Notes under the pieces: model-generated
Seen by the model: the letters and a program-made list of their open reading frames with translations, nothing else
The model's database searches: none
What the model was told of the DNA's origin: nothing
In this document: piece after piece, positions 46,779 through 56,079 of the stretch
Position numbering within the stretch: the stretch's first letter is position 1
Layout of the letters: the number at the start of each line of letters is the position of its first letter
Position numbers and translations under genes: made by a program
From: a virus
Lineage: Duplodnaviria; Heunggongvirae; Uroviricota; Caudoviricetes
Length of the DNA: 64,000 nucleotides
Virus record (IMG/VR): IMGVR_UViG_3300042673_001280
Reading direction: 5' to 3' (one strand)

Positions 46779-48605
46779 ATGACACAAAGAAAAAAACTTT
46801 CAGAATTTGCAGAACTCGAGCTAGAGTTACCAAAGATTGATTTACCATCACCAGAATTAGATATTTCATCAGGCGAATTACAACATGACACTCATGATAT
46901 GAACGCAGACGACGAAGGTGCAATGGTTAAAGCTGATTTATATAAATTAGCAAAATATAGCGTTAAATTATTTAAGAAAATTGAAGACGAAGATCAGTTC
47001 GAATCTTGGGTTCAAGCTAAAATTACCAAAGCTGCAGATTATATTTCTTCAGTTTACCATTATTTAGAATACGAAATGAAGTTCAGCGAATACGGCGATA
47101 AGATAGAGAATAGTGATATGTACTCAGAAAGTCAAAAAAGACAAATGAAAAATGCGTTAATGGAAGCAAAGAAAACTCTTGCTGCCCTTAAAATTGATCA
47201 AGCTGATAAACTTGACAAAACTAAAACAGTTAAAGAAGGTGTGTCTCACACATGCGGTGAATGCGGCGGAACTGGTATGGTTGAAAAAGCACTTCCAGAA
47301 AAAACTAAAACCTTAGTAAACAAACACAGAATTTTACGTAACTTTGTTCAATCAAAAATTGATTCAGATGGCGATAGTATCCCAGATGATGAAGAATTGC
47401 CAGGTCACAAATTTACACCAGATGTAGCTCCAGGCAAATCAAAATCTAAAAAATCTTCACCATTTGAAAAAAAAAATGATGACGAAAAAGACGATGTAAC
47501 ATCTAAAAAACCTGCTAAAAAATCATCACCGTTTGATAAAAAAGATGATTCTAAAAAAGATGATTCTAAAAAAGATGATAGCAACGGTAGTAACCCGTTT
47601 GCTAAAAAATCAGCTCCTAAAAAAGACAGCGGTGATGATTCTAAATCAAAAAAATCAGCTCCTAAAAAAGAAAAAGATGATTCTAAAACAGAAGGCATTT
47701 TTGGTGGATCAGTTTACGGCGAATCTGTAACTCCTGTTAAAAAACCAAGTAGTGTAGCTGACAAAAAAAGCAACAATCCTTTTGCTAAAAAAGATGATAA
47801 AAAAGACGGTGGTAAAGAATTTGGCAAAGCATTAGAAAAAGCCAGAGCAGATATTAACGAATCTTCTAAAAAAGCTAAAAAAGATTATGACAAAGATGGC
47901 AAAATTGAAACCGGTGAAGAAGAACACAAAGGTGCAGTTGATAATGCTATTAAAGCATCTAAAGAAAAAGATTGTAAGAACGAGTCTGCAGAATTTAATG
48001 CAATTATGAGAAACAGTGGCTTAAATGAATTCAAAGACGATATGGGTTACGATATTTCACCTGAAGAATATGCAGCTCAAGAAAAGCAAAACGCAAAATG
48101 GGCACCTTCATCGCAAGAGCCGATGCCAAAAGGCGGAAAAGCATTAACACCTGCACAACTAAAAGCTGCTGCAATAACTCATCCATTTGTATTTGGTCCT
48201 GAAGCTGACAAACGCATGAATGCAATGTTACAAAAGCTTGATGATCAAGCTAACAAACGGGATGACGAAGATCATGCTAGATGGTCAAAACAACTTGATC
48301 AATCTGCCGATCGGTGGCAACAACAGCTAGACACTAAATATGCAGCAGACCAAGCAGCAGAACAAGATGCAGCTGCAAAAAGAGCATACTACTCAACACA
48401 CCCTGATGAATTAGCTAATACCATTTCAGCTCAACAACAAGGTCAAGATATGATGAACAATCCGCAAATTGCAGTTGATCGTGCGCAAGCTGCTCGTACA
48501 CAGGCAGATCACCAACGTTATTTAGATCAACAAAATCAAGGATGGTTCCAAGAATCAACTGAATTAGATCGTTTAAAAATGATTACAGAAAGAGTTATTA
48601 AGTAA
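46779..48605 (+). CDS. highly charged Lys/Asp/Glu-rich protein with SPF(E/D/A)KK repeats (candidate internal/ejected virion protein)
   Basis: Start placed at MTQRKK, which follows an ACGGAG SD (ORF track gives 46710). Five copies of the [KS]SPF.KK.DD-type repeat. Coiled-coil Gln/Ala-rich C-terminus. Confidence 0.45.
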   Translation: MTQRKKLSEFAELELELPKIDLPSPELDISSGELQHDTHDMNADDEGAMVKADLYKLAKYSVKLFKKIEDEDQFESWVQAKITKAADYISSVYHYLEYEMKFSEYGDKIENSDMYSESQKRQMKNALMEAKKTLAALKIDQADKLDKTKTVKEGVSHTCGECGGTGMVEKALPEKTKTLVNKHRILRNFVQSKIDSDGDSIPDDEELPGHKFTPDVAPGKSKSKKSSPFEKKNDDEKDDVTSKKPAKKSSPFDKKDDSKKDDSKKDDSNGSNPFAKKSAPKKDSGDDSKSKKSAPKKEKDDSKTEGIFGGSVYGESVTPVKKPSSVADKKSNNPFAKKDDKKDGGKEFGKALEKARADINESSKKAKKDYDKDGKIETGEEEHKGAVDNAIKASKEKDCKNESAEFNAIMRNSGLNEFKDDMGYDISPEEYAAQEKQNAKWAPSSQEPMPKGGKALTPAQLKAAAITHPFVFGPEADKRMNAMLQKLDDQANKRDDEDHARWSKQLDQSADRWQQQLDTKYAADQAAEQDAAAKRAYYSTHPDELANTISAQQQGQDMMNNPQIAVDRAQAARTQADHQRYLDQQNQGWFQESTELDRLKMITERVIK

Positions 48606-49204
48606 TGGATATGAAACAAATTCTACAGGCGATGGATTCAGTTAAAACATCTGCTCCTATAGAAAATGCAGACGACATGAAGAAATTCATGTCGATTGTT
48701 ACAGAAGGGTCAAATCCGCATAAAGTTGCATTGCCTGTACAAATGGCAATGCAGCATTATGCTGTACCTACTGAAGAAACACCTGTTGAACAAAAACCAG
48801 TTAGAACATCGTTACTTAAACAATATATGGCAGAAGCATCTGCAGAAAAAGAAGCAGTACAATACAATAAAGCGTTAGACCTTAAAATGTATGCTCAAAA
48901 AATTGCATATAAAGTAATGGGCGAAAATGCAATCCCTGGACACTCTCCTGGTTTTACAGGCGGAGTTGGTCCCGGAATGGAAGTGCAACCGTACGAATCT
49001 GCAGAAAATCCACAAGATGTTGTTACAATGGACATCCCACTACTTATTCGGTTGCTTGAATATTCTAGAGAAGATGCAAAAACAGATATGGATTTACACA
49101 ATGTCACTGAAATGCTAATTAAGTTAAGTACAACAGGAAACGTACTATCTATGGCCCATTACGATCGTATTGTAAATAATCAGAGGACTAATAATGAACT
49201 TTAG
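48605..49204 (+). CDS. hypothetical protein
   Basis: ORF. ATGGATATG overlaps the upstream stop. Confidence 0.35.
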   Translation: MDMKQILQAMDSVKTSAPIENADDMKKFMSIVTEGSNPHKVALPVQMAMQHYAVPTEETPVEQKPVRTSLLKQYMAEASAEKEAVQYNKALDLKMYAQKIAYKVMGENAIPGHSPGFTGGVGPGMEVQPYESAENPQDVVTMDIPLLIRLLEYSREDAKTDMDLHNVTEMLIKLSTTGNVLSMAHYDRIVNNQRTNNEL

Positions 49205-50666
49205 AGATTTAATGACTACGCTAGAGCAGATTGATAAACCGATCTTATCAGAAGCGTTAACCCTTTCGGCAATTATTGCGTTAACATCAGGTTACGAACA
49301 AGACGATAAAGTTCGTATTCCTAAGTTAGCAGATCTTGCTAAACAAAACAACCTTGAAGGATTAGTTGATCCGGTTACTGGAAAATACGTATCTAACGAA
49401 GGCGACGAGGATGACGAAGTACCATTTGAGATTGCTGAAAAATTATCAGCAGCAGGGTTACTTCCAACAAATGCAAAACTTCCACAAGCTGGTTGGTTTG
49501 ATAACAATCGGGTATTTGATACAGCTAACAAAAATTTGTTAAGTCAAAGTTCAAGCGTTGCAGACCGCCATGAACTTATAATGGCAAAGTTACAATTACT
49601 TCGAGACCTTGCTAAACAAATAGTAGCGTTTCGTGATAAACGTGCTACTACAAAAATGCAAGATATGATTGGCGAAAAACCAATATTACCGTCAAATGCA
49701 CCATCACCTGAATTAGCAAGACTAACTCCTACTTTTCCATCTCAAACAATGGCAGGTATAAATGAGTCAGCTGGACTAGCAGATGCACTCATGGAGTCTT
49801 TTGAATACTTATATGAAGATTTAAAAGATCAAGAATGGTCATTTCGTCGTCCAGAAGTAGCCCAATCGTCACTACCTGCAGATGAATTCTACCGGTCTCG
49901 CCGTAATCCAGAATTAAGAAATTCTGCTAATACTGCAATAAGTGATTTACGTCAACCTACTACTAAATCGTTGCCAGGTGGCGAATATAATGCATCAAAT
50001 ATAGATAAACCAACGTCATCATCAAGTGTTTCAGATACTGCTGCTCCTAAAACAGCACCTAAATCAGGGGTAATGGATGTAAATAAATTTGGTAACCAAG
50101 CTGATAGAGACTTTGGAAAACTTAAAGGTATTCCACTTGCTAAAGAATTAGGTAGTAGGTTTGTTAAAAAAGAAGCAAATAGGATTGTACCAATCTTAGG
50201 AACTGCATGGGGGCTAGCCGACGGCGCAAGACGATTCTCACAAGGTGATTATACTGGGGTAGGACTTGATGCAGCATCGGCTATTGCGTCAAATATCCCC
50301 CATCCTGCTGCACAAATTGGTGCAGCAGGATTAGATGCATATAACATCTATCGAGATTACGACGCTGCTAAAACAGCAGATGAAGAAGATGCAGCTGCTA
50401 AAGAAGCACCGGCAGTAGAACCTAATAAAGAAGCACCGGCAGTAGAACCTAATAAAGAAGCACCGGCAGTAGAACCAACTAAAGAAACTCCACCAGTTAA
50501 ATCTACACGCAATGATCCTGTTACTAGTACTAAAAACTTTCAAACATACTTAAAATCGTTAGGTGCTAATTTAGGAAAAACTGGTCCAAATCGAGACGGA
50601 ATTGACGGAGTAGTTGGACCACTAACTAAAGCTGCAATTGCAAAATACATTTTAAATGGAAGATGA
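49194..50666 (+). CDS. protein with a C-terminal peptidoglycan-binding (PG_binding_1-like) domain and a 3x KEAPAVEPN repeat
   Basis: C-terminal FQTYLKSLGANLGKTGPNRDGIDGVVGPLTKAAIAKY matches the L..LG ... DG..G..T..A three-helix PG-binding motif. Confidence 0.5.
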   Translation: MNFRDLMTTLEQIDKPILSEALTLSAIIALTSGYEQDDKVRIPKLADLAKQNNLEGLVDPVTGKYVSNEGDEDDEVPFEIAEKLSAAGLLPTNAKLPQAGWFDNNRVFDTANKNLLSQSSSVADRHELIMAKLQLLRDLAKQIVAFRDKRATTKMQDMIGEKPILPSNAPSPELARLTPTFPSQTMAGINESAGLADALMESFEYLYEDLKDQEWSFRRPEVAQSSLPADEFYRSRRNPELRNSANTAISDLRQPTTKSLPGGEYNASNIDKPTSSSSVSDTAAPKTAPKSGVMDVNKFGNQADRDFGKLKGIPLAKELGSRFVKKEANRIVPILGTAWGLADGARRFSQGDYTGVGLDAASAIASNIPHPAAQIGAAGLDAYNIYRDYDAAKTADEEDAAAKEAPAVEPNKEAPAVEPNKEAPAVEPTKETPPVKSTRNDPVTSTKNFQTYLKSLGANLGKTGPNRDGIDGVVGPLTKAAIAKYILNGR

Positions 50667-51570
50667 TATCATGAAATCAAAAACAGTAGCGGAATCAATT
50701 GCAGAATTAAGAGATCGATTAACATCAATCGACTGTACTCCTGCTAATACAACCTTAAATGAAAGTGCCCAATCGTTAAATAGTTTGCAAGAACACATGC
50801 AACAAGTTGAACAAGACTATCTATTTGAAAAAGGTTCACCCGGCCACAAAGGATCAATTGGCAACTGGATATATAATGCTAAACGAGGATTGTATGGGGA
50901 GAAAACCGCTAAACCCGGACTTGAGAAAATTCCCGGAACTGACAATTATGGCGCTACTGGCCCGTTAACAAAAGGCGACAAAGGTGCTTGGGAAGTTGGT
51001 AAAGGTATTCGTCGAAGCGTTGGTGGCGGCATTGTAGGAGCCGGGTTAGGCGGTGCTGCAAGCCTAGATCATAAACTCACTACTGGCAACTGGCTACCTG
51101 GCGGTAACACAAATGATACAACAGATGGTAAAATAAATGGCCAACTAGATGGCGGAGATCCAAAACCGCGCACTAATCCTAACTATGATGAAAAAACTGC
51201 ACACTTACAACAATGGTTACTTGATCAAGGTGCTGACTTAGGCACTACTGGTCCTAACGGTGACGGCGTAGACGGTGTTATGGGAGAGAAAACTAGACAA
51301 GCTGCAAAAGATCATCATGTTGCTGGGTACGAAGACTCAACTCCACCAGTAACTCAAAACGCGCCACCAGTAACTCAAAACGCGCCACCTGTTACTCAAA
51401 ACGCGCCACCTGTTACTCAAAACGCGCCACCTGCAGGTAACAGTAATGCCGAGTTTCAATCTATTGTAGATAAATTTGAAAAAACTTTTAGAGAACTTGA
51501 AGGTTTGACAAAAGGCGACCCAGAAGCACAACGTGAATTAGAACAAATTAGACGTAGTGCAGGATATTAA
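50656..51570 (+). CDS. second protein with a PG_binding_1-like domain and a 4x PPVTQNA repeat
   Basis: LQQWLLDQGADLGTTGPNGDGVDGVMGEKTRQAAK motif. Gly-rich middle. Confidence 0.5.
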   Translation: MEDDIMKSKTVAESIAELRDRLTSIDCTPANTTLNESAQSLNSLQEHMQQVEQDYLFEKGSPGHKGSIGNWIYNAKRGLYGEKTAKPGLEKIPGTDNYGATGPLTKGDKGAWEVGKGIRRSVGGGIVGAGLGGAASLDHKLTTGNWLPGGNTNDTTDGKINGQLDGGDPKPRTNPNYDEKTAHLQQWLLDQGADLGTTGPNGDGVDGVMGEKTRQAAKDHHVAGYEDSTPPVTQNAPPVTQNAPPVTQNAPPVTQNAPPAGNSNAEFQSIVDKFEKTFRELEGLTKGDPEAQRELEQIRRSAGY

Positions 51571-51584
51571 CAATACGCTATTCT

Positions 51585-51612
51585 AAAAAAGGCAGCGTGT
51601 CTGCCTTTTTTT
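51585..51612. terminator. bidirectional rho-independent terminator
   Basis: aaaaaa-GGCAG-cgtgt-CTGCC-ttttttt. Confidence 0.75.
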
Positions 51613-51633
51613 ACCTTCATTTTACCAAGTCAG

Positions 51634-51662
51634 TTGACACACTGAACAAACGAATATATAAT
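51634..51662 (+). promoter_or_regulatory. consensus sigma70 promoter (TTGACA-17-TATAAT)
   Basis: Exact hexamers. Precedes the ATG at 51694. Confidence 0.65.
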
Positions 51663-51693
51663 ATATACATATTAACACAAAGGAGAAGCACTA

Positions 51694-51948
51694 ATGAGTA
51701 GAGCATATGGTCCAGAAGAAAAAGCTAAACTTGAAAAATTAATTACTGAAGGTTCTTTAGTTTTAAGAGAAGTTGAAGACTTACAAGCCGGTTTAAAAGA
51801 TACTGTAAAAGCAGTAGCAGAAGAATTGCAAGTTAAACCTGCAGTTATAAATAAGGCTATCAAGATAGCACATAAAGGTAATTGGCAAGATCATAATGAA
51901 GATTGGGAAGAAGTTGAAGCAATCTTAGACATTACAAAACGCATTTAA
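51694..51948 (+). CDS. small acidic helical protein
   Basis: ORF behind the consensus promoter. Confidence 0.4.
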   Translation: MSRAYGPEEKAKLEKLITEGSLVLREVEDLQAGLKDTVKAVAEELQVKPAVINKAIKIAHKGNWQDHNEDWEEVEAILDITKRI

Positions 51949-51991
51949 TAAGTAGTTTATTGAGAACGGCAGGCAGGCCATAAGCTGCAAA

Positions 51992-52207
51992 ATGGTATTT
52001 GTGAGCCACAAGTCACATAAACTGAGATACAATATGGAAGAATTTAAAATCTGTACGGAATGTATTCGTCCGGAGATATGTTTATCAAGATGTGAATGTA
52101 GTATCATTGTTAATAGCGAAGAAGCTGTTGCAAGATTACGTGACGAAGAATCATTCATGTCATGGATTAACGAACACGCAACTAATCGCGATAGAGGTGA
52201 AGCATGA
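51992..52207 (+). CDS. small Cys-rich (CTEC ... C ... CEC) protein, coupled to the polymerase gene. The real start is probably the internal MEEFK.
   Basis: Its stop overlaps the polymerase ATG. Confidence 0.35.
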   Translation: MVFVSHKSHKLRYNMEEFKICTECIRPEICLSRCECSIIVNSEEAVARLRDEESFMSWINEHATNRDRGEA

Positions 52208-54867
52208 GTTATGTAGATGCTTACTTTGATCGTGATAACGATGTTATTAAAATTGTAGAAAGAAATTCAAAAGGTGAACGGGAATACAAAGATATTGCCG
52301 TTAAACACACATTATATTATACAGACCCGAAAGGGAAATATCAATCAATTTACGGAGACCCCGTATCAAAAGTAATTTGTAACAATACAAAAGAGTTCCG
52401 CAAAGAACTTTCAATACACGGTAATAAAAAGCTGTTTGAAGCAGATATTAATCCAATTTTTAAATGCTTATCAGATAACTATCTTAATCACGACGCGCCT
52501 AAATTAAATATTGCGTTTTATGATATTGAGGTTGATTTCGATCCAGAACGCGGGTATGCATCACCCGATGATGCGTTTATGCCTATTACTGCTATTGCAG
52601 TGTATTTACAATGGTTAGATACTCTTATTTGTTTAGCAATACCTCCAAAGACATTAACTATGGATCAAGCTAAAGAACAAATTAGAGATATTCCAAATAC
52701 TATTCTTTTTAACACAGAAGCAGAGATGTTAGATACATTTTTAACACTGCTTGAAGATGCTGATATTATTAGCGGCTGGAATAGTGAAGGATTTGATATA
52801 CCATACACTGTAAATCGTGTTACAAAAGTTCTATCAAAAGATGATACACGCAGATTTTGCTTGTTTAATCAATTACCAAAAAGACGTGAATATGAAAAGT
52901 ACGGCAAAGCTGCAGTAACATACGACTTTGTAGGACGTGTGCATTTAGATAGTTTACAATTATATCAAAAGTACACATATGAAGAAAGACATAGTTTTAG
53001 ACTTGATGCTATTGCTGAATATGAGTTAGGTGATCGTAAAACACAGTACGAAGGTACGCTTGATCAGTTATACAACAATGACTTTAGAACGTTTATTGAG
53101 TACAACCGTCAAGATACTATGCTATTACACAGACTTGATACAAAATTAAAGTTTATTGACCTAGCTAATACACTTGCACACGAGAACACTGTATTACTAC
53201 AAACTACTATGGGTGCGGTTGCTGTAACAGAACAAGCAATTATTAACGAATCACATCACAGAGGGTTTGTTGTACCTAACAGAAAAGGTAAAGCAGAACC
53301 AATTCAAGCTGCAGGCGCGTATGTTGCGTATCCTAAAGAAGGAATTCATGACTGGATTGGCTCGCTAGATATTAACTCTCTGTATCCAAGTGCCATTAGA
53401 GCATTAAATATGGGTCCGGAGACTATTGTAGGACAACTAAGACCAATCGTAACTGACGAATACATAGGCTTACAACTAGCTAAAGGTAAATCGTTTGCTT
53501 CTGCATGGGAAGGTTTGTTCGGTACACTTGAATATACGTCTGTTATGAATGAAGAAATAGGTACTGATATTACAATTGACTGGGAAAATGGCGATACTGA
53601 TATATTAAGTGCTGCTGAAGTATACAGATTGATATTTGAAAGTAATCAGCCATGGGTTATGTCAGCTAATGGAACTATCTTTTCATATGAAACAGAAGGT
53701 ATTATTCCTGGATTACTAAAGCGATGGTATGCAGAACGTAAGGATATGCAGAAAAAGCTAAAAGAAGCTATTAATGCAGGTAATAAGATTGAAGAAGAAT
53801 ACTGGGATAAACGTCAGCTGGTTAAGAAGATTAACCTAAATAGTTTATATGGTGCTATTCTTAATCCTGGATGTAGGTTCTTTGATAAACGTATTGGGCA
53901 ATCAACTACGTTAACTGGTAGACAAATTGCTAAACACATGGCAGCTAAAGTAAATGAGATTATAACCGGCGAATACAATCACACAGGTAAGTCTATTATT
54001 TACGGTGACACTGACTCTTGTTACTTTTCAGCGTATCCTACACTTAAACGTGAAATAGATAATGGTAGTTTACCATGGTCTAAGGAAACTGTTGTTCAAT
54101 TATATGATCAAATTAGTGATCAAGTTAATGGTACATTTCAACAGTTCATGCTTGATGCATTTCATTGCCCTAAATCGCGTGGTGAAGTAATTAAAGCTGG
54201 TCGTGAGATTGTTGGTAGTAAGAGCTTATTCATTACTAAAAAACGTTATGCAGTACTAGTATACGATAAGGAAGGTAAACGTAAGGATACACTTGGTAAA
54301 AACGGTGAAATTAAAGCTATGGGCTTAGACTTAAAGCGTAGTGATACACCTGAATTTATTCAAGACTTCTTATCACAAGTATTAGAAATGGTATTAGGTG
54401 GTGATACTGAACAGCATGTACTAGATTACATCAGTAAGTTTAGGATATCGTTTAAAGCTAGACCAGGTTGGGAAAAAGGTTCGCCTAAACGCGCTAATAG
54501 CATTACGTCTTATTTAGAAAAAGAAGCTAAACAAGGCAAAGTTAATATGCCCGGACATGTTAGAGCAAGTTTAAACTGGAATACACTAAAACGTATGTAT
54601 GATGACAAGTATTCAATGTCTATTACAGACGGTGCAAAGGTAATTGTATGTAAACTTAAACAAAACCCATTAGGGTTTACAAGTGTTGCGTACCCAGTAG
54701 ATGAATTACGCTTACCACAATGGTTTAAAAACCTACCATTTGATCATAATGGAATGGAAGATACTATTATTGATAACAAACTTGATAACTTGATTGGCAT
54801 TTTGAACTGGAAGTTAGCTGATACGTCAGATAGAAACACATTTAACAGTTTATTTGAATTTGAATAA
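52204..54867 (+). CDS. family-B DNA polymerase (T4 gp43-type replicase)
   Basis: Exo I FYDIEVD. Motif A DINSLYPSAI, motif B KINLNSLYGAIL, motif C YGDTDS. Confidence 0.9.
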   Translation: MSYVDAYFDRDNDVIKIVERNSKGEREYKDIAVKHTLYYTDPKGKYQSIYGDPVSKVICNNTKEFRKELSIHGNKKLFEADINPIFKCLSDNYLNHDAPKLNIAFYDIEVDFDPERGYASPDDAFMPITAIAVYLQWLDTLICLAIPPKTLTMDQAKEQIRDIPNTILFNTEAEMLDTFLTLLEDADIISGWNSEGFDIPYTVNRVTKVLSKDDTRRFCLFNQLPKRREYEKYGKAAVTYDFVGRVHLDSLQLYQKYTYEERHSFRLDAIAEYELGDRKTQYEGTLDQLYNNDFRTFIEYNRQDTMLLHRLDTKLKFIDLANTLAHENTVLLQTTMGAVAVTEQAIINESHHRGFVVPNRKGKAEPIQAAGAYVAYPKEGIHDWIGSLDINSLYPSAIRALNMGPETIVGQLRPIVTDEYIGLQLAKGKSFASAWEGLFGTLEYTSVMNEEIGTDITIDWENGDTDILSAAEVYRLIFESNQPWVMSANGTIFSYETEGIIPGLLKRWYAERKDMQKKLKEAINAGNKIEEEYWDKRQLVKKINLNSLYGAILNPGCRFFDKRIGQSTTLTGRQIAKHMAAKVNEIITGEYNHTGKSIIYGDTDSCYFSAYPTLKREIDNGSLPWSKETVVQLYDQISDQVNGTFQQFMLDAFHCPKSRGEVIKAGREIVGSKSLFITKKRYAVLVYDKEGKRKDTLGKNGEIKAMGLDLKRSDTPEFIQDFLSQVLEMVLGGDTEQHVLDYISKFRISFKARPGWEKGSPKRANSITSYLEKEAKQGKVNMPGHVRASLNWNTLKRMYDDKYSMSITDGAKVIVCKLKQNPLGFTSVAYPVDELRLPQWFKNLPFDHNGMEDTIIDNKLDNLIGILNWKLADTSDRNTFNSLFEFE

Positions 54868-54875
54868 ACTACTTA

Positions 54876-54904
54876 TTGACAAATTGATACAAATATAATA
54901 TAAT
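54876..54904 (+). promoter_or_regulatory. consensus sigma70 promoter (TTGACA-17-TATAAT) for the operon containing dpdA
   Basis: Exact hexamers. AGGAG SD and ATG at 54926 follow. Confidence 0.65.
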
Positions 54905-54925
54905 ATATAAAACTAGGAGATATAC

Positions 54926-55663
54926 ATGAAAGACTTTTTACAAGATTTAGTAGCACATACACATACATTAACCGTTTTACCATTAGTTAAAGTAACTGCA
55001 ACTGCAGAAAATGCAGTGATTGAATCAGTAGCAGAAGATAGATCAGTAATGCTGTACGCAACTACACATACGCCAGTTAATGGTCTCGAACCATGCATCT
55101 TTGGTATGCCAAATTTAAACAAATTAGACTTACATCTTAAATGTCCAGAATATAAAACTGATGCAACTATTAAAGTTGTACAAGAAACTAGAGATGGTGT
55201 AAAAATCCCAACAGGGTTACACTTTACTAATGCAACTGGTGATTATGAAAATGATTATAGATTTATGAATGAAGAAATCGTTAGTGCAAAAGTAAAAAGA
55301 CCAAAACTTAAAGTAGAAATAGTGTATGATTTAGATTTTATTCCAACAGGTGTAAGTATTCAAAGATTAAAACATCAAGCTGCTGCACATACTGAAGAAA
55401 CTGTATTTCAACTAGTAACAGTTGATAACGACTTAGTATTTAGATTCGGTGATGCTAGTACACACGCAGGCTCATTTGTATTCCATCATAACATTAATAC
55501 TACATTAAAAAATACATGGTCATGGCCAATTACTCCAATTTTAAGTATTTTAAACTTAAATGGTAACTTAACTATGAAAGTTTCAGATCAAGGTTCGTTA
55601 CAAATTATAGTTGACAGTGGTATTGCAGTTTATAACTACACTATTCCAGCATATACAAAATAA
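54926..55663 (+). CDS. hypothetical protein (first gene of the dpdA operon)
   Basis: ORF only. Confidence 0.4.
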   Translation: MKDFLQDLVAHTHTLTVLPLVKVTATAENAVIESVAEDRSVMLYATTHTPVNGLEPCIFGMPNLNKLDLHLKCPEYKTDATIKVVQETRDGVKIPTGLHFTNATGDYENDYRFMNEEIVSAKVKRPKLKVEIVYDLDFIPTGVSIQRLKHQAAAHTEETVFQLVTVDNDLVFRFGDASTHAGSFVFHHNINTTLKNTWSWPITPILSILNLNGNLTMKVSDQGSLQIIVDSGIAVYNYTIPAYTK

Positions 55664-56079
55664 TGATAGACATTAGAAAAGCATTAAAATTATTAGATAT
55701 CATATATGTAAACGACAACGAGAGCATTAAATCGTCAGTTGATAAACTAACAATGTTAGCGCAATTAGATATGCCATCTTATGCTATGCCAGGACCGTTT
55801 GAACAGTTTTATGTTGATTACGAATACATGAAACAACGTGTGCAAGGACTTGAATCGAGATTAACCACACTTGAAGATTATAATCGAAACCCATATACAA
55901 ATTACACTGTTAATTCGCATATAGTTGGCCATGTTACTACAAGTCCGCAGTTTGTAAGTGCATTTAACAGAATTACACAATTAGAAACTGAATTACAAGT
56001 TACTAAAACGTTACTTAGTAAGTTATTAACCCCAGAACAGGAAGAAGATGAATCGGAACTTAACAGCAACACAGAATGA
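55663..56079 (+). CDS. hypothetical coiled-coil protein
   Basis: ORF only. Confidence 0.35.
   Translation: MIDIRKALKLLDIIYVNDNESIKSSVDKLTMLAQLDMPSYAMPGPFEQFYVDYEYMKQRVQGLESRLTTLEDYNRNPYTNYTVNSHIVGHVTTSPQFVSAFNRITQLETELQVTKTLLSKLLTPEQEEDESELNSNTE

Noticed and set aside
47405-47730. Two overlapping small ORFs (97 aa on the minus strand, 65 aa on the plus strand) inside the Lys/Asp-rich gene
   Set aside because: Low-complexity alternative-frame artefacts of the AAA/GAT-rich repeat region.
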